NCBI GenBank assembly: GCA_964016885.1
Contig: OZ024742.1
Location: 95,170,001-95,234,000 of the forward strand
Length of the DNA: 64,000 nucleotides
Reading direction: 5' to 3'
Source of the DNA: Eledone cirrhosa
Taxonomy: Eukaryota
This document shows positions 26,932 through 40,849 of this stretch, in pieces. The position numbers were made by a program, and so were the translations under genes. The stretch's first letter is position 1; each line of letters begins with the position of its first letter. A model generated the notes under the pieces. The model was not told the DNA's origin and ran no database searches. It worked only from the letters and a program-made list of their open reading frames with translations.

Positions 26932-27398
26932 CAGGGGTCAGCAACCTATAGCCTGTGGGCCAGATCCGGCCAGCAAGAACTGATGCCCAATGAGTTGTTT
27001 ATTTAAAATTTATATTGATTGTAATATGAGAGATAAGACTTTTGAATACAATAAAAGGCCTGCTGTTACATTCTTCCAGAAATCTTCAGATTTCTACCCA
27101 ATGTCCACCACCATGTGAACGCTTTGACAGCAAAAACACAATTAAAAGTTGTATATGTATTTTTAAAATTTTTTAAACAAATGATTCCAACGATGTCTTA
27201 AATTGAATAGCTGATGTTTTTCCATTACTACATTAATCTGTGGTTAATACAAATTATTTTAAAGTATAGTCAACACTCGTGATTAAATTTTAGCTTGTGT
27301 AATTTTCCATAATTATTCTTTTATGGCCTTCATCCGGCCCGCTATCCGTCATTAATACTCGATCCAGCCCATGGAGGCAAAGAAGTTGCCAATCCCTG
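26932..27398. mobile_element. hAT (Charlie/Buster-type) MITE
   Basis: TIRs CAGGGGTCAGCAAC and GTTGCCAATCCCTG. An 8-bp TSD GTCTAGAG/GTTTAGAG matches the NTCTAGAN preference. Confidence 0.8.
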
Positions 27399-28744
27399 GT
27401 TTAGAGTCATCATCATCATTAAATATTTCATAGAGGACCAACAAAGAAAGTCTCTTCATTGTCATTGCCCAAGCAGTTAGAAATAGCAGTAGATTCTCCC
27501 TCAAATATGAACATGGGTATTGCTTTTATTTAAAAAAATGTATAAAGGGATTTATCAAAATAGTTTCATGGTTTTATCTAAACAAGGGCAGCACACATGA
27601 CATTTATGGGTTTCTATGGTTGGTAGGCATAAAGAAAGGAAGGAACAATTGCAAGATATGTGTAATTGAGATAGGAAGTAGATTATCAAAATATGGGCTA
27701 TCCTCAAATTGGAGAGTTGGTTCAAAAATGTTTATAACAGAATGAACACTGCTAGAAGATTTGGGGTTAAAAGGATGGTAGTTTGAGGTTATCATGCAAG
27801 CTTTTTTACACTTGGTTTAAAATAGTTTGGCTAGCAGAAAGTGATTGTGCTCATTTAGCCTTACCTTAATATGGCGAAAAGCTGTAAGTTTTAAAATATC
27901 ATCTAACATCTTGTTAGCAACACATAGCTTAGACACCATTCTAACATGATTAGCAGTACTCATAAGAAAACTAACTCTAGCATATAACAACTCATTAGGT
28001 GGTGAACTGGCAGAGTAGTTAGGGCATCAAAGAAATACTTAGCACTATTTGTTCTAGTTCTTTATGTTCTGAGTTCAAAGCCTGCTATCACCTTTCTAAG
28101 GCCAATAAAATACAGTAGCAGTCAAATACTGGGGTTGGTTTAATTAACTTATCTGTTCCCTTCATTCTACTTACATTACACATCTTTATTAATTTTGATG
28201 TTTGTGGTTTGAATTCAAATCTTTCTGAGGCTAACCTTGCTTTATATCCTTTTAAGTACCACTCAAGTACTGGGGCAGACCTCTTGATCCCCACTTCCAC
28301 TCTCTGAACCATGATCTATTCATGACAGAGTCTCAACAATCCTTTCACCATCACAATGTAGATATCAAAAGAAAGAAACCATCCCATCCATTTAGAAGCA
28401 CAAGAATTAGTGGCCAAAATAAACATAGGCTGTTGATTTGACTCTTTAGAATTATGGAAACTATATGATACAGTTAAAGACCAAAAGGATAACTTTCTAG
28501 CCAACATCCAATGTAGATTAATACATTTTTCAAAAAGAGGATTGGGATTATAACTTTGGCTTATGCTGGCCAAATTAGGCTTAAAATTGAGTGAGTGAGT
28601 GGAAACAAGTGATGTTGGGTTTTCAAGTCTCTATATAGGATATCAAATTATTACACTGCTTTTAAAACTCACATCAGAAATATGATATGTGTATGTGTTT
28701 CATCAACATCATCCTTTTATATCTGTTTTTCCATATCATCATTA

Positions 28745-29050
28745 TCATTTCATTTTACATCCGCTTTTTCCCTGCTTGCAAGGGTGGGACGGGAACTGAT
28801 TTTAGCTTGATTTCTACAGCTGGATGCCCTTCCTAACACCAACCTCATTTACAGTGCTGGCACCTCCACGACCACTTTGCAGTGGAATGATAGGGACTGG
28901 GGTCTCATCTCATTTTTACAGCTGAGTAAACTGGAGCAATGTGAAATAAAGTGTCTTGCTCAAGGAAACAACACATCACTCGGTCTGAGAATTGAACTCA
29001 CAACCTTTCGATTGCAAGGCCAATGCTCTAACCACTAAGCCATGTACCTC
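28745..29050 (-). mobile_element. SINE-B with a tRNA-like head
   Basis: Head GGAGGTACATGGCTTAGTGGTTAGAGC..GAGTTCAATTC. Its 3' end matches the RTE end at 53385-53416. Confidence 0.8.
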
Positions 29051-29119
29051 CATATATATATATATATATACACACACATGTATATATACATTTCTCTCCT
29101 TCTTTCCCTCTCCCCCTTC

Positions 29120-29172
<53 letters not shown>

Positions 29173-31414
29173 AATATATATATATATATATATATATATC
29201 TTGGCGGTACTCAGTAATAGAGATCTTTGGCGGTACTCAGTAATAGAGAAGACCCGCCTTACCTAAATACAAAGTAAAACCTACTACAGTCAGTAGGCAC
29301 CTCTAACAAAATACACCCCCGTCCCACCACCCCACCCCATCCACCCTTTCAATGTAAAGTTATGTTGGTGCCACAACATCCAGGCCGAAACAAATGAAGT
29401 CGTGTAGGTGTCACGACAAAAAAAAAACACAGTCCACGCTGTAATGTGGCCGTGTAGGTCACATGGTAAAAACCTCCCAGTCCCACACTTAAATGTGGTT
29501 GGTGTTAGGAAGGGCATCCAGCTGTAGAAAACTCGCCAGACAGTCCTATGCGAGCAAGACAACCACTCTTGCCTCAAGTGGGAAAACTCCCATCCAAACC
29601 CATGCAAGCATGGAATATGGACGTTAAACGATGATGCTGATGATGATGATGATGATATATAACAGGAAAATGTTTTCTATTATTCTATTATTTTGTGGTG
29701 TATTTGTTTGTGACATGAAAAATTGGGAATGAATTCTTAAAAACTAGTATAGAGCAGACACTTCAAATGTCAGTGAAACATGGCCTTAATAGTTTGATCT
29801 TTAATCTAACTTTAGATAGTAAGAAATATATATAAAGTTTCAGAATAACCTTAAACTGATAAAATGGACATACAGATGACTTTTCAACTCTGGATGTACC
29901 AAAGAAAAGTTGTTTGTGAAATGTATCAAATACTCACACATGCATGGGCGTATGTGTGAATGTTAGACATTTGTTAAATCACATGTCCAAATCTGTACAA
30001 TTTTCTCTCTTGCAGACCACCCAATTTTTCCCTCAACTTATATATAAGCCTCGTCATTTATCACAGTACCATTACACATCCAAAACAGCGTGCTTGTTTC
30101 TTTTCTTTCTAGCTTTCATACATCATCTGCATTCAATATTCCTCACTATATTCCTTCTAAAGTATTTATTATTCTGATAGAAATAAAACTGGAAGTTCAT
30201 CAAGGGAAAACCTTTTTTATTATGCATGAAATGTCATATTAATATTGAAATTGTTATTAGATTTAATATATTTTACTTTAAAAATTGGAACTGTTCTATA
30301 TTTCAATGATATTCGACTTTGTCAAGCGATCATCTCAGCTGAGGTGGGGCATGAATTGTGGCTCCCTAGATTGCTTGGAAAGAGTGAGTTAAGGGATCTT
30401 AGTCAACAAATAGTGGAAAATATATATGAGACGAAAGCATGGTTTTATTATGCTGCAGGGTATTTAATCAGGTTCTGTGCATTCTGAATTAAAGTCCCAC
30501 CCCCTTCTGTCAGAAGTTGTAACTTGGCAGATAGTAAGAATGGAAACAATTTCCTTGATCTGATCTGAGGATTGGCTTCTTTGATTATAATTTCTGGATA
30601 AAAAAATGCTTTTATTAAAAATATCTCTGTATTAGGCTATCAGACAAAAGTAGATATAACAGCAGTCATATCACATATTTGTAAGGAGCTGTTAAAACAT
30701 TCCTATATCTCATTTCTCTTTATGGTTACATAATATATATCATCTGATGTTTGATATAATCATTGTTGCTTTTCAGTATGAATTCTTATGTGCAGTTAAG
30801 TGTTGTATTTTTATGGGAAAATAATTAACCACAGTAAACAGAGATATAGCTTTTTTCTAGCCTTTGAAATTCCAAACAAATATAAAAAAATAAAATCCCT
30901 CTTCAAATCACAATTCTTTAAAAACATTATCTAAATAATATACTTGAACTCACGATAGAATTAATCAAAATCATTTCTATAGAAAACCTCTTAAACCCAA
31001 AGATACTCCATAGAGATTTCTAAACATTTAAAAATGTATACAATTATTTTTTAAATAATTTTCCTTGTACATTGTTATAGGTTCATATGTGATACCAATA
31101 ATATTTAGCAAGTTATTTTCAGTAGTACTTGAGCAGATTTAATCAATGTGTATATTTAAAAAATGAACCTTAACATTAATAGCCTGAGGATTAATAATGA
31201 AACAAATTGCAATTTCTACCCACTCAGCCTTGAATAGAATTCTCATATATGCACGTGGCACCATCACCACTACTTTATAGTTTAAGGTGGATACAGAGTT
31301 TCTTCTTCACGTTACAGGTTTTTTTAATTCTTTTGCTAATTTAATTTGGTATGGTAATGAAAAGAGTATGAAGAAATATTTAAACATGATGTTAAGAAGT
31401 TTGTTTCTATGTCA

Positions 31415-31590
31415 TGGATTGGCAATATTGGTAGAGGGTCAAACAACATGCTTTGCAGCATAGAGTTACGACTCTTTATGATCCGAGTTCAAATCCCGCC
31501 AAGGTTAACTTTGCCTTTCATCCTTACGGGGTTGATAAAATAAAGTACCAGTCACGCACTGGGGTCGATTTAATCAACTTTCCACTCCTC
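31415..31590 (+). mobile_element. SINE-A variant
   Basis: A and B boxes and the core are present. Confidence 0.75.
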
Positions 31591-32589
31591 CTTCAAGACT
31601 GGATTCAGGCAGAGCTAGTGGCCCTTCAGATAGACAGGGGGCCTAAATCCTGCTTACATATTTTTCTGCACTCTAACAAATGCACTTTATCAGGTAACTA
31701 GCTCTAGGGAGGCTGTTATGTCTTTGAGACAGCTGCATAGGCAGAGCAGATAGTCTTGGCTATACTGAAGCTCAGCACAGCAAGCATTTGAAATACTTGG
31801 TAGTAGTCATATAGTGATCAAGCAAGTAATGCCATAATTACACCAGAGAAGAAAGAGCACTCTACTACCCTAGAAACACAGTGATATTTCAAAATGAAAT
31901 AATGAATCCCCCCCACCCCCACCATATGTCTGAGTATCTTGAACATGTGACCCAACCCCAGGAATAAATTCGTAGTTTTATGTCCCAGTAGGGACAAGGA
32001 TAATAAAATAAAATGGTAATATAGATAACTCTTTTTCTTTTTTTCTTTTTTTTTTGCACCACCATCATCACCTGCAGCACCCCCCAATCTCCCATCCAAG
32101 TCATTATTTCTAGCTAAAAAACAAGGTGTTTCTAGTTTTATCACATCAGTATATCTTGGTTGATTGATTGCTTTAGTGTCCACTCTGGTATCTCAGGAAC
32201 TACTGAAGCTAAAAAAGTTTTAAGTTTTTTATTTTTTTATCATCAATGATTAGTATGTCAGATAAATTTTATTATTGCTGTTGTTGCTGGTATTTTTTGT
32301 TGTTGAAGTTTTGCTTTTTAGCAAACTTTATTTATTTTTCATTTTATTTTATTATTATTTTTTTAGATATTGGGTATGCAAGACAGCTCTGTATAACACA
32401 TTAAGTTCCAAGCGAGTTATGAGTTCAATGTGGAGCAAAATTAGTTACATGAAGAACAGGCTATAATAGAAATGTGTTCCCTCTGTCCCATACTTATACA
32501 TAGGAAAATACATTTGAATATTGGTGGTTATAATTCTTCTCCTCCCCCTTCTCCTTCTTTTTCACAAATATTCAGGCATTCGTATAGAG

Positions 32590-33140
32590 ATATCAGGGCA
32601 GCAGGAAGCTGACCATCAATCCATGCTCCTCCCTGCACAGCCTACCACAGCAGAACCCAAGGAATGCAGTCATATGCCTTTTAAAGTCAAGAAAACAAGA
32701 ATATACTGCTTGACAATACTCCCACCATTTGTTGAATACCTGCCGCAGTGTGAATATTTGATCTGCTGTACTGCATCCGGGGTGAAAACCACACTGTTCT
32801 TCAGCCATCTTATACTCGACAATCTCCCTGCATCTCTTTGCTAGACACGTAGCATAGACTTTACCAGGGAGGCTTAACAAGGAGATCCCTTTGTAATTGG
32901 AACAATTTCTCTTGTCTCCCTTTTTGAAAATATGGGATATCACTTCCGATTGCATTGCTTAGGTGCCTTTCCAGAGATCCAGGCCACCCAGCACACCCAA
33001 GTCAGGCAGAGAATACCTTCTCTATATAACGCTCTTAACATCTCGGGCCAAATTTCATCTTCCTTAGTGGCGTTACCACATTTGAGCTCTCTAACTGCTC
33101 CTGCGATCTCAGCCTCTGAGAGATTTATCCTCACTTCTAG
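32590..33140 (-). mobile_element. RTE LINE RT fragment
   Basis: FKKGDKRNCSNYKGISLLSLPGKVY..EEQCGF..STADQIFTLRQ..CFLDF. Confidence 0.85.
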
Positions 33141-33189
33141 ATGCACCTCTGGTTATAATAGTGAGTGTACAAAATATAATTAAATAATG

Positions 33190-33610
33190 GTTTCTGATTT
33201 AAGCGCAAGACCAACAATTTTGGTGGGAGGTGATAGTTGATCAAATCAACCCTAGTATGCTAATTGTGCAACCTTTTATTGATCTCGTGATGAAGAAAGG
33301 CAACCCTCCTTGGCAGGATTTGAACTCAGAATGTAAAGGGCCGTAACTATATGCTGCAACACTTAATGTCCAACACTCTAAAAATTCTGCCAATCCATAT
33401 CAAATATAATATACTAAAATAATTGTTTCTACTTTTTGGCACAAGGCCAGCAATTACCCAGTGCATTACTGGTACTTTATTTTATCGACCCCGTAATGAT
33501 GAAAGGCAAAGTTAACCTCGGCGTGATTTGAACTCAGAATGGCAAGGGCCATAACTCTATGCGTCAAAGCATGGTGTCCGACTCTCTACCAATACTGCCA
33601 ATCCACCACC
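33190..33610 (-). mobile_element. Two SINE-A copies (33190-33395 and 33423-33610)
   Basis: Consensus motifs. The second copy is flanked by ACT(A/C)AAATAAT repeats. Confidence 0.8.
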
Positions 33611-34285
33611 ACTCAAATAATGAGCATATATCTATATCTCCTAGGTACATGGAAACATACATACATAGCAATCCAACTATATACTCTTAGATACATAGCA
33701 AAACAATATTGTTTAGATGTATATTAGTAGTAAATATCAATGTGTGTATCCAGTTTAGAATATATATACCATACCTCAGTGTATCATGAGAATTGACTAA
33801 AATGACTGACCTCAGAGAGAGCACTTGACTGTAAAACATTGGCGTGAAAGAATCCCACGTCAGGGGGTTCAGAAGACTTTGGTTTGGCAAGGAAAATGGC
33901 TTTAGAATCTTTGTTCTTGTTATATTAATGGTTATAAATAAAGAAATCGTTATATTAATGGTTATAATAGTAATACAAAATACAGTCAAATACTCACCCT
34001 ATATGTAGAGATATAGTGCTAGATGCATAGCAAAACACAATTTCATTCAGTAATTGGTAGAAGGACTAACATAGTATGATTCACAATGGAGTTTTATATG
34101 AAAACATATACAATAAGTTTATGTATATTAAACATATATAAGTCTTGGTATATAAGCTATTGCATATTCTAATCTCAGTACTGACTGAGTAAACATCATT
34201 GATGATTGATAAGAAATCCTTAAACATTACTGTCTGATATTCTCATTTGGCTGCTGAGATAGCTGTGAGAGGATCACAGCTTAAA

Positions 34286-34490
34286 CCCTTAGCATTTAAA
34301 CCAACCATATCTGGCCATAATTCTCTCACCTCCTCCTGTTAAAACTGGCCATAACTGGCTGCTCAAACTTATGTTAAGGTATTGTTCTCAAAATAAAATA
34401 TCAAAATATTGTAGATTCGATATTATGTGAGATTAAATGTTTACCGTGAAAATACAATAGAAAATATAGAGTAATATAAATGCTAAAGGG
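34286..34490. mobile_element. piggyBac-like MITE
   Basis: TIRs CCCTTAGCATTTA and TAAATGCTAAAGGG, flanked by TTAA(A) and TTAA. Confidence 0.65.
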
Positions 34491-35290
34491 TTAAAACTGT
34501 CATAGAAAGACATGTTTGTTTATTATAGATAAATATATATTATATATGTCTTCATATATATCTCTTATAACTCATGATGATGTTCATGCTAGTGCTAATT
34601 TGTCTCTGCCAAGTTAAGCTTTCACTGTATACAAATGAACATCGCCAGCAGATATACAAAATATATATAAACTCTGGCATATTCTAATCTCAGTACCAAG
34701 TGAGTAAATGTCTCTGATGATGTATACAACATCTGAAGCACTAGTATCTGGCATTTCATGGCTCCTGAAATTGCTGTGACTGCTCAAAACAGTCTTATGT
34801 ATATTTATCATTGTGTATGTTTTTATATACACTTCTATTATTTTATAAAATAGTACAAAATATGATGATGGAACCTCCAACTGTTTCAATGATAAGCATT
34901 CAGTTGTTTAATCAACTGATTTTCCAGCATGGGAATTAATGTGCAAGTGATTGAGTATTCCAAAGATTTACAAGCCGATTTATTATGACAGATCGGACAA
35001 GATTGGACCTCTGTATTACAAGTACAGTCCATTTGATGGGCTTCCATACAATTCCTATCACAAGGCTTGGGTTAGGCTGAGATTATGGGGCTTGATAAGA
35101 TTAATGGGAATTGCCCTTCTCTCACTGGTTATACAGTAAACATCAATTGAATAATGTAATTGTACAAAGTTGATGTTAAAAACATTCTTGGTGTAGTTAT
35201 TGGTTTTTCTTAAATAACAATTAGGATCAATTTTGCTTGTGGTTTAAATGACCAATGTTTGAATGATAGTTATAGAGGTCACATCAATAT

Positions 35291-35802
35291 GTTCATTGGT
35301 TTATTGGTACTGCTGTGACTGTAAAGACCAATGCTAGAGTGATAGTATCTGTTGCTGAGAGTTCATCTGTATGTGTTCATTGGTCTATTGGTACTGCTGT
35401 GACTGTAAAGACCAATGTTAGAGTGATAGTATCTGTTGCTGAGAGCTCATCTGTATGCGTTCATTGGTCTATTGGTACTACTGTGACTGTAAGAACCAAT
35501 GCTAGAGTGATAGTATATGTATGCGTTCATTGGTCTATTGGTACTACTGTGATTGTAAAGACCAATGTTAGAGTGATAGTATCTGTTGCTGAGAGCTCAT
35601 CTGTATGCATTCATTGGTCTATTGGTATTGATGTGACTGTAAAGACCAATGCTAGAGTAATAATTTGTTATAAATGTCACATCTATGTGTTCATTGGTCT
35701 ATTGGTACTGCTGTGGTTGTAAAGTCAAGACACATTTTAGAGTGATACTATCTGTTGTTGATATCACAACCATGTGTTCATTGGTTTCGTAGTACTGCTG
35801 TG
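35291..35802. repeat. 84-bp minisatellite (~6.3 copies) with an internal hairpin
   Basis: The unit begins GTTCATTGGTCTATTGGTACTGCTGTGACTGTAAAGACCAATG. CATTGGTCT/AGACCAATG is an inverted pair within the units. Confidence 0.9.
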
Positions 35803-37562
35803 TTTCTTTCTGTATGCCCACCTCTCTGCGTCTCTTTTTTTCTCCCATTTTCAAGGACTGTTTCAGGTTGATGGCTTAACAATAATCATTACAGTGTAAA
35901 AATTATTATATGGTATGATATAACAAATGTATTTAATTTAGCTATGCGTTTATGTCCTAAATCACATTTTATTGGTACTCTAGTAATTATATATCTACTA
36001 GAAAAGACAATGTCAACATGACAGGCTAGTATAGCATTTATCAGTTTCATACAGGAGTTGGTATATCAATGGCTGTGTTGCTATGTTGCAGTGTCTATTT
36101 TTATTACATAGATGAACCAATTCTTCTGAGAGTTAAATGACTTCACAATCGACACAATATTGTTTCATTGTGAACTCTTAAGAGAGGAAGGTGATGATAA
36201 ATAATATGCTGTACTTTGTCTAGATCAACTTCTGCAGATGGGTTACAAAATAAATTGAAAAGTTTCTAGTTCATTACAGGTACTGGTTTTCATGATTGTT
36301 GAAGAGGAAACCTTAATGTCACCTGATCAAGCTTTTGAGAGTACATAGAGGAGATATATAACTAAATACTGGTAGATATTTAGTTATATTCTTATCTGAT
36401 ATATTCAGTGCCAAATTTACTCTTGATTTAAACATATGCTATATAAAGCTTAGAGACCTCCTATTATAAAATTACACCAGAAGGCATCACAGAAATTGAA
36501 AATATACTTTATAATTAATTTGAGACTCTTGCAGATTGTAAGAGCCTGAGCTACTAGACTAGAAAGATATAGGCAAACATTATTGGAGCCAATATATTTG
36601 GCTGATGGACTTTAATGCATTTAACACCAATATTTCCCAACCAATTGGCTTTCTTTTAAAATTAAAAGGGTTTCTTTTAAAATTAAAATGGTTCAATATA
36701 ATTTTATATTGTTGAAAATATTTAAGTAATGTTGAAAATATAATCTTAATAATGAAATCCTTAAAAATGTTAGTTAACATTTCTAAATTCTTCATGAAAA
36801 TGTTAATAAAGAAACAACAATTTTGGGTTATTTCAAATGACTATATTGATTTTGTAAAGATTTGCAGCTTGTTGCCAACATTAAAGTGACAGTACTTGCA
36901 TTTATATGAATGAACAATTTATCTTTAGTTGGGAGTATTCCATTTGTGAATTGAAATCGTGTTAACAATCACTGAGGCTTTTCATTTCCTTGGAAAACAA
37001 TAACAAGTGTTTAAGCCCATTTGCCTTGCTAAAGCAGGGGTTACTATTACAGAAAATATAACAGGCTTCATACACATCACAGGATCCTTTCTGAAGTAAT
37101 TGTTTTACAGGCAGATACTCTTTCTCATGCCAACCTTTTTATCACCTCTTAAGAAGACAAGGACACAGTATACCTACTCTAAATTGAATTCACCTTGTAT
37201 TGGAATTGTCACTAGGGCATCAGATAAAATAACTTGTGATATTTGTTCTGATGCACTGCATGTGAAGTTGAAATCCTACAGAGGTCAACTTTATCTTTAA
37301 TCCTTTTGGGGATAATAAAATAAAATAGAGTCAAATGGAATGAATTGGGGAAATTTCCAGAGCATCAGACGATATGACTTGCAGCAGTATCTGTTCCTGC
37401 ACTTCGTATTCTGAATTCAAATTCCACCCAGGGATTCAAATCTCACATTATGAAAGTTGCAGTGGGTAGAGAAGAGTTGTGGTCATCTACTACCTTGAAG
37501 ATGATGAATAATACATCCTAGATACTGGAGTTGATTTGAGACATCATATGCTGTGAATTAAT

Positions 37563-37920
37563 AGTGGTGGTGCTACAATAAAATGCATAAAGTACACATT
37601 GTTAAGTGGTAGTGTTGCTGCTACAATGAAATGCAACAAGCACATTCAGCAAAATGATAGTGCTGGTGCCACAATAAAATATACTCAGTGTACTCTGTAA
37701 AATGGCTGTACTATTGTCACAAAAAATAAATATATCAAGTAAAATGGTAGTGCTTTGGCAGTGTGAAAAAAATGCACTCAGTACATTCAGTAAAGTGGTA
37801 GCACTGATGCCACAATAAAATACAACCAATATACTCTGTAATGTGGTAGTGTTGGAGCCATGATAAAATACACCCAGTACACTTTGTAAAGTGGCTGGTG
37901 CTAGGATTCTTCCATAGAAA
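37563..37920 (+). repeat. Degenerate ~45-bp tandem array derived from the SINE-B internal motif
   Basis: About 8 copies of GTGGTAGTGCTGGTGCCACAATAAAATGCACTCAGTACACTCTGTAA, leading into a SINE-B-like tail. Confidence 0.7.
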
Positions 37921-37969
37921 CCCTGATAAAATAGGAAACATATGACCAACGAATTATTTATCTTACCAT

Positions 37970-38150
37970 GGTGGATTGGCAGTATCGGTAGAGGGTCGGA
38001 CGCCATGCTTTCCAGCATAGTTACGCCCCTTTACGATCTGAGTTCAAATCCCGCCGAGGTTGACTTTGCCTTTCATCCTTACGGGGTCGATAAAATAAAG
38101 TACCAGTAATGAACTGGGTTATTGCTGGCCTTGTGCCTAAAGTAGAAACA
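37970..38150 (+). mobile_element. Young SINE-A with an 18-bp TSD
   Basis: ATTATTTATCTTACCATG at 37953-37970 and 38151-38168. Confidence 0.9.
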
Positions 38151-39059
38151 ATTATTTATCTTACCATGTTTTTTCTAGAGCATGGCAACCCATCCAACCC
38201 ATGCCAGTATGGAAAACGGACATAAAATAATAATGATGATGGTGATACACACACTGCCTAAACAAAAATTGGCCATGTGCCAAGTCATCTAATAATCATT
38301 ATAATTAGCATTTTAAATATTTGTCTTCCTTCCCCACATTAACCTTACATTTATTTTCATCATTTCTCCCTAAGGCACTCAATGAAGAGTAGCATATGAA
38401 AAAGTAGCTTCAAATTACTCAATGTAATGACTCGTAGTTCTAAATCACTTTAAGCCGATTTGGCTTTTGGAGTTTAAAATAAATGAACAAACAAACAAAG
38501 AAATAAATATGTAAATTAATAAATGAATGGCTAACTTTAAATAAGTAAATTAAAATAACTTAATGAACAAGGAAACATTGAAAGCAAATATAATAATTAA
38601 AAGAATCTAACAGAAATATAATCAGTGCTATTTTGGGAAAGATGAAGAAAGAAAATCGGTAGAAATTAAAAGAAAAAAAGACAAAAATTAAAAGAATTAT
38701 AAATAAGCCAGCAAGAAAATCATTAACGATGATGATAAGGATGATGATGATAGTAGTAGTGATGATGACATATAATAATAATGGTAGTCGCAGTAGTGGT
38801 GGGGATTATGATGATATTTATTTTTGGAACTTTCTTCTTGTTTTTATTTGGTTGACAATAGAAAATAGTAACTTTTTAAAAATATTTATTTAAATCACTT
38901 ATGTACAGAATTCGATGTATAGAATTGTTTCACATATTAATATCTCAATAATAATAATAATGGCAGTGCCCCAGCATGGCCTCAGCCTGTCAGATGGAAC
39001 ACTTACTAGAGTAATACAGTAACCACATTATCTCTAGTTGCCCAGTCTTTGCCAAAAAA

Positions 39060-39500
39060 TAATATATCTACAAACATGATAGAGTTGGGATTTACTTACA
39101 TTGGAAGTTATGCCAACACTACAAATCCCCAACAGAAAAAAGACGGTACAGATACACACCAAAAAAGGTATCAGAGAATGACAAAGCAACCATACTCTAG
39201 GATATGCCAATACACATAGACAGGGAGATCAAATCCAACCAGTTGGATAATATAGTCAAAGACTACAAGGGAAACAATGTCTTCTAATTGATGTGTCAAT
39301 CCCTATAAATGAAAATACATCTACCAAGAAAATAGAGAAATCAGGCAAATATCTAGAAATTAGAAATAGAAATAATAGAATGTGGATGATGAAAACAGAA
39401 ACAATACCTATAATAAAAAAAACACAGATACATATAAAAAAATATCCCTGCTAGGCAGTGCACACATATTATGAAGAGCACTCTCAATACATTAAAATCA
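39060..39500 (+). mobile_element. R4/Dong-like 3' fragment
   Basis: HDRVGIY.HW..IHIDREIKSNQLDNIVKD..LIDVSIP..KKIEK..LEIE. Confidence 0.6.
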
Positions 39501-39770
39501 ACACTACCAGAAACCACACTGCACAGAGCTGTGCTCATAATGCATTGATGACAAGAAATAAAAATAAAATAATACTAATAATGGTTTCTGATTTAGGCAC
39601 AAGGACAACACTTTATTTTACTTTCTTTTATTGACCCCATAAGGATGGAAAGCAAAACTAACCCTGGCAAGATTTGAACTCAGGACATAAAGGGACATAA
39701 CTTTATGCCACAAAATGTTTTCTGTCTATCTACTGATACTGACAATCCACCACCCTAATAATAGTAATAA

Positions 39771-40111
39771 CTAGCAGTGGTACTCGGTGCTGCACAGGAT
39801 AAGGTATTTTGGAAGGCGGGCCGCCAACAGACCTAATCGTGGAAAAACTGCATCCCTGGACAATATGTAAAGAAAATAAACCGAATACTCTGATGGCTGG
39901 ATAATCTTTAAGATTTTCCTCGATGAAGCAGGAAAAATGCAGGTTTTCACCTAATGCGGATCAAAAAGTGGATTTTTTTATGTGCATAACACTCCATGAA
40001 CCATAAGTAATACGCATGTAAAGTTTGAAAAAAATCGGTTGGGTACTTCTCGAGGTTTAGGGATTAAAAAACACACACACACACACACGCTAAATTTTAT
40101 ATATATGTAGA
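39771..40111 (-). mobile_element. Short non-autonomous Helitron
   Basis: A|CTAGCAGTGGTACTCGGTGC...TTTTATATATATGTAGA|T, the same terminal pattern as 17382-18312. Confidence 0.7.
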
Positions 40112-40849
40112 TAATACCTTATCATTTTGCATCAATTTTGCATGCTGAGTCAGTACAAGCCAAATCAATAGTTAATTAGAGCTACTGTGATCCTTGATGA
40201 GTCAGTGGACTATGTACCACTCAATGCAATGTATTTTTGACATGGTCTCTATATCTGAATGTTTATTCGAAATCCAATCACTTTGCAGAATATACTGGGT
40301 ACATTTTGTCAATACAGTAACACTAGAGTAATTGTTGTGTCCTTGATATGACTGGTGAGTATCCCCACCCTCAACTGTGCAGTGATTAGTAGAATCACAC
40401 CTGAATAATGGAGTTTCTATCTTTCATCCAAATCTACCAGATCCATGGAACTTTGTGGAGGAAACCCTGACTATATCTAACAGGTAGCGTCTGCTCTTCT
40501 TCACTAGATACTACTCCTTATCTGCATGGGTTGTAATTTTCCTGTTGTCAAATTTTATTATTTGCTCCTTTCTGGGCTCTCTTTAGGGTCACAGGTTACA
40601 CAACTTTTTTGTGTCCATCCCATGCCTCCTAGAACAGGTTGCAGGCTCAATGCCAGTTCTCACAGCATTGGATGGAGACTGCAATATATATTTCAAGCAA
40701 ACACCTGAAACTAAAGTTTGAATATGGCCCTTGATACGCTACCAGAAGGATCATGCGGTATGAATGCATTTATTGCATCTAATCATATTGTGGTTTTTGG
40801 TGGGCTTATTCATGCCAGTTACCAATTTGGTAGTTTTTCCAGACCTGCA

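Noticed and set aside
30245-30487. 80-aa ORF as a possible host exon
   Set aside because: No recognisable domain, no convincing splice sites and no neighbouring exons.
35291-35802. CRISPR-like appearance (palindromic repeats at regular spacing)
   Set aside because: The intervening sequences are also repeated, so there are no unique spacers. There are no cas genes and the context is eukaryotic.
34920-36560. Possible host exons (34951-35139 and ~36210-36350)
   Set aside because: Short frames with stops and no consistent AG/GT structure or known motif.
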